A DNA stretch of 63,620 nt, the filler included, from Octopus bimaculoides (lineage: Eukaryota): the NCBI RefSeq assembly GCF_001194135.2. It is 8 parts of 7 records of this genome, joined end to end, with 100 filler letters (N's around TTAATTAATTAA, not from the genome) between each part and the next. Parts side by side here need not be neighbours in the genome. Positions count along the whole stretch, not along the records: positions 41,352 to 56,081 come from NC_068985.1; positions 56,182 to 61,443 come from NC_068984.1; positions 61,544 to 63,620 come from NC_068990.1; 5 more parts are not named here. One strand, written 5' to 3'. The notes under the pieces are model-generated. The model had not been told where the DNA came from. It was given only the letters and a program-made list of their open reading frames with translations, and made no database searches. A program made the position numbers and the translations under genes. The stretch's first letter is position 1. Each line of letters opens with the position of its first letter. Shown one piece after another: positions 52,798-63,620 of the stretch.

Positions 52798-53439
52798 TAA
52801 TAAAAACACAATTAGATCGAACACATCAGAGTAAAAGGTAGTATTAATTTTAGAAACTAATACACCTGGATGTAATAAGATTAATGCACCTGGATGTAAT
52901 AAGATACCAAGTCTCTGCTCAAATTATTTAACTGAAACGCATACTATGTTAAGAGAGAATTCTTATAAGATACTGACAGACGTACAGAAAACACCTCGTT
53001 TCTTCACTCAGATATAACCGAAGACAGTTAGAGGAAAAAGAAGATTTTGGAAAGATTATACATAAGCAAGGTAGAAGCAATAATAAGTACACACATTAAT
53101 AAATTTATGTATAAATGATTACGATTTTATAGATGCATATCCTCAATAGAGCGGGATATTATTCCTTTCGTAAACTGGTAATAACATCTTAACGTCATTT
53201 AAACACCGCTGTAATGACATACAAGTGCGTTATCGCAATTTGTTATCGTTTTAATAGTTCCAGCTCAAGAACTGTGGCCATGCTAAAGTACGGGCTATGC
53301 ATTTGTTGCTCTTTCTCCAATATTTACCTTTCAGTGAACGAACGCGTTCGTTGACTTTGTTCTGAGTTCTATTTCTTGCCGCAACGGTATTTCATCTCGA
53401 ATGATAGAATGGACTATCCAGGGTCTTCTTCAATGCATC

Positions 53440-53900
53440 TCTATAAAATTGATGTACGTTTGTTAAGTTTTAGGGTAAAATATTGAAAAGCTATTGGCCT
53501 TCGGACCCTAGACTATTGTCATATGTGGCCCATATATTCGATGGCGAGAGCTGGAAAATTTGAACAAAACAATGGTGACTAGTTTGGGGATTTGGTATAA
53601 CTCTCAAAAGTTTGACAAGAATGATACGTGAGGTTCTTCGCTGTAAATTACCAGAAAACTAGAAAGAATACTGCAGACGATACATGAGATTATTATAGAA
53701 AATTATTAATAGAAAATGTATAACTGATTTCGATAATGCTATGCCACATTGAACAATTGATGAAGAATTACAATAAAGTACATCTAAAAATAGCGAAGTG
53801 AGGACATTCAAATCAAGAATTGAAATGAATGCCAGTTTTGGAGAAAGAGATAAGAAAGAGTAGACTAAGACAATGGGAAGCTAAACCTAAGCTAAAATTC
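53440..53900 (+). mobile_element. Very decayed LINE 3' fragment (RTE-like)
   Basis: RTLDYCHMWP and RMIREVLRC loosely match LLYG.E.W / MLR.I.G. A-rich plus strand. Confidence 0.25.
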
Positions 53901-55118
53901 GATCTAGCAAATTATGCTAATACAGTAACAAAATAAATCCTATGTATATTAGAGAAAGATAATTGAGTAGTTGTGTATACACATGATTTACAACACTATC
54001 TGAGACGTATGTCTGATATCTGAGAGTGAAGGAGTAAAGTGCTCCCACAATAAATCATAAAATGGGTGTTATAAATCAAAGTGCATTCGGGAAATGCAGA
54101 CGATGGCGCGGTTGGAATTAGAAACAAAATTAATCACTCTTATTTTCTGACTACAGTCTCCGACAAAACTTAATACGCCTGCGAACATAACACATTTTAG
54201 GCATCGCATACACTTAAATGTAAGGTAGTTTGATCAAAAATAAACAGCAACAATGACATGAAGATTAAAAGTAATCAGTCGACTATTGTTGTCAATGAGA
54301 ACAAGGAAAATACCTCATAATCGTTGTTTGACTCCCATCTCAAACAGTGAGTTATATCACGTATACCTAACAAAAGATTGAAAATGCTGTATAAACATGA
54401 CTGGAAAATGAATCCAGAAATCCGTATAAGAATAGGTGCCTTGGAAATGAAATCAGAACAAAAAATACACGAGGAAGAACAGAAGACATATATACACGGT
54501 GGTTTTACTAATCACCGACACCAGTTTTGGGATTCACCTCAGATGTCAATCGCTCTCAACACTTCAGCTGCTGCCTACTTACTGTCTTGTTTCTACGTTC
54601 TCCTATTTCGGGATGAAAACACTTAAATGAACTTTACTATTATATGCATCAGAATTGGAATTTCTGCCAGGCACTTATCAGTCTGATTAACTTTCTCTCC
54701 ACCCCTGGGTGTTATTTAAAATCGTGAGAAGTCTATGAATTTCAAGTACCGCTACAAGCTGAAGAATCATTCACAACCAACATGACATTTTTTTGTGAGA
54801 TCCTTAATTGACCTCATGAACTTTATTGGATCCTAATCAATGCTCTGTTGAACTAGCTGGGTAAACATTCAAGTTTTCTGTTGATTCCAAAGCGTTTAGA
54901 ATGAATGCTTTTTTATGATTTGATGCTGGTGATACCTTTCCATCTTACAAACTTTGTAGACGGACGATCTGGTAACTTTTAAGAATCGAGATATCTCTAA
55001 ATTGCTATGCTCAGCCTCTATAACCACAATAACAGCATGCTTCTTCATTTATTGAATAAGCTGATGGTCTGCCATTATATATATATATATATATATATAT
55101 ACAACTAGTGTTACCAAG

Positions 55119-55168
<50 letters not shown>

Positions 55169-55992
55169 CATCCAGTCAATGAACCATATACGACATTTAC
55201 TACGATGTCTCGTATCACAATCCCGTTTTTCGAGAGCATATGGAAAGAAGCTTCATTCCTTCCCAATCCACGCATAAATTCACCGAGTATGTTTGTAATG
55301 CAGTTAACAATATACGGTGGATCTCCAATTCTATCAATATACATGAATATGCTGACCTACTGTTGTTTGTGTTGCCGTTGATATATTTTAATGTTTCTCT
55401 TTGAACTTTGTATTTTCAGTACAATAATTGTGCGTTCTTTTATTGTTGGACAATAAATATTTCTGTTTGTATGTCTGGGTGTTTACATCTCGTATGCCCT
55501 TTTAGATTTCTTTCTCTATTCGAAAGAGGTTGGGAAGCTAAGCGTCTGAATATTTTTACGTTTGCTAAAACATCTAACTTCAAGATTAATAAGGCATTTG
55601 GAAAGAAAAACAATTTCATCAATTATCGTCGAGTAGAAACTTGCTCAATGAAAGAAAAAGCACAAGAGGCACTTTGGTCGAATTGCTAATCTCAGCATAC
55701 TAAAATAAATCTGCAGAGCATAGAGAAATAGCTATAAATGATGTGAAAATATTATCGAAATACATGGGTAGAACATAGAGACAATCCATATAATAATAGG
55801 TGTTGCCTTGTTGATTATTATATATGGCCATAAGCTCATGGTAATATTCAGAAAATAGAAACACTAAAAATTGCTAACGTAACGTAAAGTACATTCTTTT
55901 GCAACACGATCGAATGAAGCCAAAACAAATACTGCACATACATAAAATACAGAGACACTGCGGTACAGTGAAAGGGAGCAATTAAAATATTA

Positions 55993-55997
<5 letters not shown>

Positions 55998-56081
<84 letters not shown>
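55998..56081. repeat. (AAT)n microsatellite running into a scaffold join
   Basis: Directly visible. Confidence 0.95.
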
Positions 56082-56181
56082 NNNNNNNNNNNNNNNNNNN
56101 NNNNNNNNNNNNNNNNNNNNNNNNNTTAATTAATTAANNNNNNNNNNNNNNNNNNNNNNNNNNNNNNNNNNNNNNNNNNNN

Positions 56182-56396
56182 GGGATGGGCTACTCGACCT
56201 GTAGAAAATTCTAACTGGGCCCCACCTGCAAGGTCATGTGCTGTTTATCTTGATATGAGATCACCATGTCGCGCACATATGGTTGTGATGCATGTGCCTG
56301 GTGTACCCTTATCAGACGGGTAGTCATGATGGGTATAATGGGCTTCGTATATTTTACCCCAGTGTCACTTTGATGGCATGCACTGCTATCTCACTC

Positions 56397-56427
<31 letters not shown>
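56182..56427 (+). mobile_element. SINE/LINE-tail repeat ending in (AAT)n
   Basis: ...CAGTGTCACTTTGATGGCATGCACTGCTATCTCACTCAATAATAAT. I recognise it as a dispersed repeat tail from memory only. Confidence 0.55.
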
Positions 56428-56439
56428 GTCCTTTCTATT

Positions 56440-56860
56440 TATAGGCACAACTGAAATTTTAGGGGAAAGAGTTGATCGAATCTAATGATCACAAAGCTAG
56501 CTGGTGCTTACTTTACTGACCCTGAAAGAATGAAAGGCAAAGTCCATCTCAGCGACATTTGAACTCGGAACGCAAAACCTGAAGAAATGTGTCGCTGAAC
56601 ATTTTATTTTGTCCGGTGTGTTAAAGATTTTACCAACTCGCTGCACCTAACAGTCTTTTTACTATAGGCACAAAGCCTTAAATTTTGTGGGAAGGGCCTG
56701 GCTGATTACTTCGACCCTCAGTGCTCAACTAGTACTTATTTCATCGACCCCGAAACGATGAAAGGTAAATTAATCATGGTGGGATCTGAACTCGGAACGT
56801 AAAGCGCCTCAAGAAATACTGCAAAGCATTTCGTCCGATGCGTTAAGGATTCCGCTATCT
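56440..56860 (-). mobile_element. Two tandem diverged SINE family B copies
   Basis: TAGGCACAA...GAAAGGCAAAG...TTTGAACTCGGAACG repeated at about 56440-56645 and 56660-56860. Confidence 0.7.
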
Positions 56861-58039
56861 TAAAAACACTCAAAATTTAGTACAAGTTCAGCAGATCTTA
56901 TGATCAAAAGTATTCCAACTCTGATATTTATCTCCTTTCTTTTTTTCCTTTCCTTCTTTCTTTCTTTATTTCTTTCTTTCTTTCTCTTTTTTTTTTTGAT
57001 GAGTATATAGGAATAGATTATCTAATGTGTCCTACTCGTTATTAAGATCTTTACTTTATCAATCTCAAAAGGATAAAAGGACAAGTTGACCTCGATTGGT
57101 TTTAACTCAAAAGCCAGAATAAATACCACAAGTCATTTTTACACGCTAATAATGATAAGAAGGGTTTCTTTTATTTGCCACAAGGGCCTCAAATGAAGGA
57201 GACATTACAAAGCAGGTTACATGAAGTGGTGGGATTTACATAAAATAGGCGGAGTAAAGAAATGAGGAAAATGTATACGTTTTACAAATTCAAGGGTGAC
57301 ATAGTCCCCCCTAATGTAAGCTGACCCCCAGCTAGTATTAATCAAAGGACCTCGCAAATTCGAGATCACTCTGACCGTCGTGAACATATACCCTTGTTCA
57401 CTGAACTGCAGACGCATAAGTGTAATTCCATTAACTGTAAGCATTTCGCAATTGTTAACAACCTTCTGATAAATTCACCAGCGGGAGTGCACAGAGGTGC
57501 CAAAATTATCGAAGTGTGTTCCTGGTCGTATACACCGCACTTTAGTGCCCGAATTATTTGATAATGAACTACCGCGCATTTTTGGATCATTCTAAATGCA
57601 TTTATGAGATACTATTTTTAACCTTAATCTTTAAATCACATTGCGAAAAATAGACAAAGTTGTTGCATAAAAAGATTTTACTCCTCTTTGAACAAAAATA
57701 GCGATTCTGTTCAATACTCATTCCTTTACCTCATCAGTTCTGACAGTGCGAGGTTTTTCAGATCGTGAGAGACCACTTACTGCCTCTTGTTTTTCAAAAT
57801 GACTAACCAAGTTCCTAATTGTGTTTTTACTTGGAGCATCTCTCATTTAAAAGTGTCAACGATATGCTGTCTGGGTTTGAATAATTGACCCCTAATTTTA
57901 ATAGAACAATTTCACCACTTGGGTGCGTTGTGCGGTGTCGTATTTTTCCATAAGTAATTTCCCACACCTGGTCCATAAAATCCCTGAAAAGAAAAGAAAA
58001 ATGTAAAAAAAAAGAAAATAGAAGAATTATCAAAAATTG

Positions 58040-58071
58040 CAATCCCTCAGTGACGTTTGGGCCACCCTGTA
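58040..58071. mobile_element. Tc1/mariner terminal inverted repeat (one end)
   Basis: Reverse complement reads TA|CAGGGTGGCCCAAAC. Partner end not identified. Confidence 0.4.
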
Positions 58072-59334
58072 TGTATGTATGTATGTATGTATGTATGTAT
58101 GTATGTATGTATCTAGCTGCTTAAATATATGTTATATGTATATACACGCATACAACACATACATGTAATTATACATATGTTGGTATATATGTTTGTCTAT
58201 GCGATATTTTAAGTTTGTCCTAAAATTGTAGCCGGATTTTAATAAAGAGATAGAGTTCGTTTTTGTCTTTTTTTTTTGTTTTGTTTCAGTCATTTGCGAA
58301 TATTTAAATGAGTCAGTGTGCGCGTATCTGTAGGGGCATATGTGATATATGGATATATACTTGTACTCATGTAATGAGTATGCTATGTACGCTATGCTAT
58401 GTGATTGTGTACAAAGGTTCATTCTAAAATATTAAAATGGAAAATCTTCAGAATGTTTTGGAAATTGGTATAATCTTCGATAGTATTTGGAGGACACAAG
58501 TCAGTTTACTTTGTGTTTTTTTATTTATTTGAAAACCACAGTATTACGAGGTATTTATGCAAGTTTGTTGTTCCATGGTCCAGTACACCCATTCTAGATG
58601 AAATTTATAGCCCTGATACAAGAGCTGTCATTTCTTTGTTTATTCCGCATAGATATTCTCGCTTTTATTTTCATCGAGACATTCATATCCGCTGTGCACT
58701 TGACCTTTTCAGTAGTATATAATGTTTTACCTTCTCTCTTAGAACAGTAGCAGGTACTTATATACATGGTGTAACCCTGGTGGTTAGCTTTCAAAGGAGA
58801 GACAACCCCTTCTAGATTAAGTTAAGTATTAGTACGTTAACTTAATATCTAGAAAGAATAAGAAGTTCGTATACACGTTTTTTTCTTAACACATTATAAA
58901 GATCTTAAAGTTTCCGGTTGTTGGTAGCCACATATAGTATCATTTTATCCTTCTATGGAATCGCCAGCATGGCAAAACCCAGAGCGTGCAGGCGCGTTGG
59001 ACTCATTGTGGTTTCGATTCCTGCACCGGCAACGCATTGTGTTCTTGAGCAAAACACTTCATTTCACGTTGTTCCAGTCCTCTCAGCTCGCAAAAACGAG
59101 TAATCCAGAGACGGTCATGAAACCGTGAAACAGGCCCTTATGAGTCAGTATGACTGCAGAAGATAACTTTTACCTTTACCATAACACAAAGCAGAGTATT
59201 GTATTTGTACAAGTTTCCTGGCTTTATTTGGAAGTTCCACCGTTATATATGCTCATGTAGCTATACACCATGAAACAATAATCTAAATAGGCTAACAGGC
59301 CCATACATACATATACTGAAACACGTACACATGT

Positions 59335-60114
59335 TCTCTTTTACTCTTTTACTTGTTTCAGTCATTTGACTGCGGCCATGTTGGAGCACCGCTTTTAGTC
59401 GAGCATATCGACCCCAGGACTTATTCTTTGTAAGCCTAGTACTTATTCTATCGGTCTCTTTTGCCGAACCGCTAATTGACGGGGATATAAACACACCAGC
59501 ATCGGTTGTCAAGCAATGCTAGGGGGACAAACACAGACACACAAACACACACACATATATATATATATACATATATACGACGGGCTTCTTTCAGTTTCCG
59601 TCTACCAAATCCACTCACAAGGCTTTGGTCGGCCGGAGGCTATAGTAGAAGACAATTACCCAAGATGCCACGCAGTGGGACTGAACCCGGAACCATGTGG
59701 TTGGTAAGCAAGCCGTGTATATCTATTATCTTTTTCTCGTTTCAGTCATTAGACGGCGGTCATATTGGAGCAACATTTCAATCGAACGAATCGACCCTAG
59801 TCCATTTCTTTTAGTCTGGTGCTTATTCTATCGGTATCTTTTTGCCGAACCGCTAAGTTATGGGGACGTAAACACACCAGTATCGCATGTCAAGCGATGT
59901 TGGGTGGAGGGGAGGGGCAAACACAGACACACAAACACACTCACATATATATATGAATATATATATCACGGGCTTCTTTCAGTTTACGCCTAGCAAACTT
60001 TGGTCGGCCCGAGGCTATAGTAAAAGACACTTGCCCAAGGTGCCACACAGTGGGACTGAACCCGGGACCATGTGGCTGGTAAGCAAGCTACGTACCAGAC
60101 AGCCACTCCTGCGC

Positions 60115-60116
<2 letters not shown>
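59335..60116 (-). mobile_element. Two tandem SINE family A copies (59335-59712 and about 59728-60116)
   Basis: Tail, (CA/TA)n core and head repeated twice. The second copy ends in CCACTCCTGCGCCTA. Confidence 0.9.
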
Positions 60117-60166
<50 letters not shown>

Positions 60167-60529
60167 NNNNNNNNNNNNNNNNNNNNNNNNNNNNNNNNNN
60201 NNNNNNNNNNNNNNNNNNNNNNNNNNNNNNNNNNNNNNNNNNNNNNNNNNNNNNNNNNNNNNNNNNNNNNNNNNNNNNNNNNNNNNNNNNNNNNNNNNNN
60301 NNNNNNNNNNNNNNNNNNNNNNNNNNNNNNNNNNNNNNNNNNNNNNNNNNNNNNNNNNNNNNNNNNNNNNNNNNNNNNNNNNNNNNNNNNNNNNNNNNNN
60401 NNNNNNNNNNNNNNNNNNNNNNNNNNNNNNNNNNNNNNNNNNNNNNNNNNNNNNNNNNNNNNNNNNNNNNNNNNNNNNNNNNNNNNNNNNNNNNNNNNNN
60501 NNNNNNNNNNNNNNNNNNNNNNNNNNNNN

Positions 60530-60580
<51 letters not shown>

Positions 60581-61073
60581 AATGTACCAGCAAAACGTAT
60601 GAAGCACCCTTCAGCAAATCGTAACAACAACAACAACAACACCAACAAATCGTCAACAGTAGCAAACTACGAAAGTACCAGTCGTAACAAAAGACGGTGG
60701 CGGCAGAAAGATCATTAACAACGGCAACAGTAACACCAACAACAGCAACAACAACAACAATACTAAAAAGTACAGAAAACGCGAGAAAATTGATATTAAA
60801 CGAGGATGACAAATGAATAATCCATAAAAGAATAACAGCAATAACTAATTCAATATTAAAGAGTAACAACAATAAGAAAGTAACAAAGACTGAGGCTTTC
60901 TTCATTTATTAATTATTGATAGAGATAACCTTAGAATATTACTTGATTTTTATCTACTTTCCCTTGTTCTTCTTACTCTTTCCAACTATCTTTTTACCAG
61001 CTATCTGTTTACCTATCTTTCCAACTATGTTTACCTATCTATTTATGAATCTGCCCGTCTGTCTCCCTCCGTG

Positions 61074-61104
<31 letters not shown>

Positions 61105-62190
61105 ATATCTATCTATCTATCTATCTATCTCTTCTCACGGACGTGCTGTCACATCGGCTGCGAAGGTAAACGTTTATTTGACCTTTTATTGTCCACATTT
61201 TGTTAGAATTTTTAAATAATTTTGTTGCGAAGCACCTAGGCTTCATTTGTGTGTATTTTCAAGGGCAGGAATTGGCCCCCAGGGGCAGTTTCGGCCCTAG
61301 CAAAATACAAAAATTTCCTTCTTGACATTTGAAAAATGTCGAGAAACATAATTTTGGAACGCTTGTCTTGTTCTTTTGACAAGCATTTCCCGAGGCTTCA
61401 GATGCCAGAAGAGAAAAAAGAACAGAATAGCGCGTGCTCGCACNNNNNNNNNNNNNNNNNNNNNNNNNNNNNNNNNNNNNNNNNNNNTTAATTAATTAAN
61501 NNNNNNNNNNNNNNNNNNNNNNNNNNNNNNNNNNNNNNNNNNNTATATATATATATATATTTAGTGAAGGTGTGTGAACTAGTGGTTATGGTACAGCTCT
61601 CATAAAAGCGGAGCAAATCGTTGGATCTCGATATCTGGGATTAACCAGACTCGATAATTTCATAAGCTGCAAATGTATGCTTTCATTCCCTTTCGTTGTC
61701 CGCTGCAATCCAATCATCAATAATCTTTATTCCCGAGAGTAATTGATCGATTTTCTTTCTATAAACGTTATTCTGTCTGTATTAACAGTTCTTTTATGCT
61801 CTATTTAACATTAAAACCATCAAAGTTCCCTTCATCATCAGAAGTTAAATAATCGAACATTAAAACAGGCCAACATTTACGCCAGACTCTCAAAATATTG
61901 CCAAATTTTACAGAAATTCATGCTATTATAGATTTTAAGAACGCGTTTTTAAGGGGTCGAATGTCAGGGACAGAAACAACACCGTTTAATTAAGAACTTC
62001 ATGAAATTATTTCCATGTTAATAATTCTCTTGACCGTTGGCTACATGTGAGAAGTGACGGTGGGGGGAAAATCTCAGGACAAATAATTTCACAAACCGTA
62101 ACTAACTTAGATTCTTGTAGGAATTTTTCTTACAGTCGTCAAGGATTAAGAAACATTTAGGGTCCAAAGTCCCACCTACATCATGTTATC

Positions 62191-62356
62191 TAATCCCTTA
62201 GCACTCAGATTATTCCGTCGAATGTAATGCTTATTTGTTTTGGATTCATCATGCATTATCACGTGACTTCGAGATTTCGATGACGTGACTTTGTTTTTTC
62301 GAATGACATTATAGGCTAGGTGTGATAGGCCAGGTCTGGACAGTTTGAACATAAAG
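62191..62356. mobile_element. Short non-autonomous relative of the piggyBac at 12548-15021
   Basis: Left part matches 12548-12600 (ttag..tcagatt...tc.aatgtaatgcttat). Right part matches 14880-15021 (...gtttgaac..taaag). Internal region is missing. Confidence 0.6.
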
Positions 62357-63399
62357 CATGTGTTTTTTGCCAAACCGCTAAGCTATGGGGACGTAAGCAA
62401 ACCAACACCGAAACCTACGATTAAATAAGTACCAGTTACGAACTGGGATCGATGTTATCGACTTACTCCCTTTATCTGTCCTTGTTTGTCCCGTCTATGT
62501 TTAGCCTGTGTGGGCAATAAAGAAGTAAATATTTTCTCTAAATTTCGACATTTTAATTTATGCAATAAATTTTCTTTCTTTCATTTTGTTGCTGTCGTCG
62601 TTGTTGTTGTTGTTGTTGTTGTCGTCGTCGTCAGAACTACAGTGAAATCTAAAAGCTTTTGTTTTAAGTTCGTAATGTAGAAAGAAGCCGACGTCCTTTT
62701 GTTATATTCTGTCATTAACAGACTTCTACTTACGCCTCATACCATTTTTCTTAATGGTGTCTGGATCATCACTAAATGTTAAAGTTGTTTTTCATTGTTC
62801 ATCCCAACAAACTTTAGTCATCACAATGGACCATAGGACAAAGAATGGAATGTTTATAATACAGCGTTAGGTGATTTACATGTTGTCTGCATTTCGTTCA
62901 CGTTATAAATGACAGACGTGGATGAACACAAACCAATACGTTATGGGCAGTTTTCTTAACAACAGTTACCAAACGTGTCGTTGGCAAAAGATTTTTAAAA
63001 ATACATGCATTTACAAGAATGATGTAAGACAGAAAAACCGAACAGAACTGCCTCCGGAAATCGAATTCATATGACAACAAGAACAATAATATAATTCCTT
63101 CTCCGACATGTAACTTCACTATTCCCACCAACCACACTTAACTGTGTCTTTCGCTAGTTCTAATCTATTGCGTTAAAACCCAGTCTACCAACGACAGCGA
63201 CCCCAGGACGTATTTTCCCTTCATCAAGAATTGCTTTATAAATCAATTTGATCAACATATTCGAACATTTCAGAAACATGAAGATTTGCCACAAGCCACT
63301 TTGAATACATTTGGGTTTTGAAAGAAACAAGATCTACGGCCTTAACAGTTCAATGACTGGTCTTTGTCGACAGCATTTCTTGGGTAATCGTAAGTTTTC

Positions 63400-63555
63400 G
63401 ATTAAATGTGCGTGTAAGTAAGAAGTTTTCGGGTTCAGTTCCACTGCGCTGGACCTTGGGCAGGTGTTTGTTTGTTTTTTTCTATTGTCCGGTCTGATCA
63501 ATGTCGTGTATGTGAATTTGGTTGACGGAAACTGTGTGGAAACCCGTCGCATATC
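63400..63555 (+). mobile_element. SINE family A, diverged head
   Basis: CGGGTTCAGTTCCACTGCG..GACCTTGGGCAGGTG...GACGGAAACTG followed by (TG)n. Confidence 0.6.
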
Positions 63556-63562
63556 TGTGTGT

Positions 63563-63620
<58 letters not shown>

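Noticed and set aside
52858-52905. Short tandem duplications (24 bp here; 10 bp at about 15121; 17 bp at about 49598)
   Set aside because: Ordinary slippage duplications with no further structure.
62734-62771. 38-nt minus-strand exon candidate (DDPDTIKKNGMR, GTAAGT donor)
   Set aside because: Good donor but minimal acceptor, no homology and no neighbouring exons.

Overview
AT-rich, gap-riddled animal genomic DNA, about half simple repeats and interspersed repeats. The SINE and MITE families look like those I recall from Octopus genomes; this species assignment is inference. Seven 100-bp gaps each contain an artificial TTAATTAATTAA six-frame-stop spacer, so the window is eight separately assembled pieces and synteny across those joins is not guaranteed. 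The only host gene I can support well is coding exon 1 of histidyl-tRNA synthetase (WHEP domain, 24439-24534, +), with a possible divergent first exon about 100 bp upstream. Everything else recognisable is mobile DNA. DNA transposons: a complete but decayed piggyBac, a DD37D (maT) mariner remnant, Helitron ends, and hAT, mariner and Merlin-type MITEs. Retroelements: RTE, Tx1/L1, CRE-clade and Penelope remnants, plus several tRNA-derived SINE families. The best lead for an under-described system is a set of hammerhead-ribozyme-like motifs linked to long inverted repeats and Penelope sequence (44117-44347, 40050-40364, 22581-22622). In the first, the inverted arm starts exactly at the predicted self-cleavage site. 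No searches or folding were run, repeat boundaries are approximate, and most ORFs in the supplied track are microsatellite or gap artefacts.
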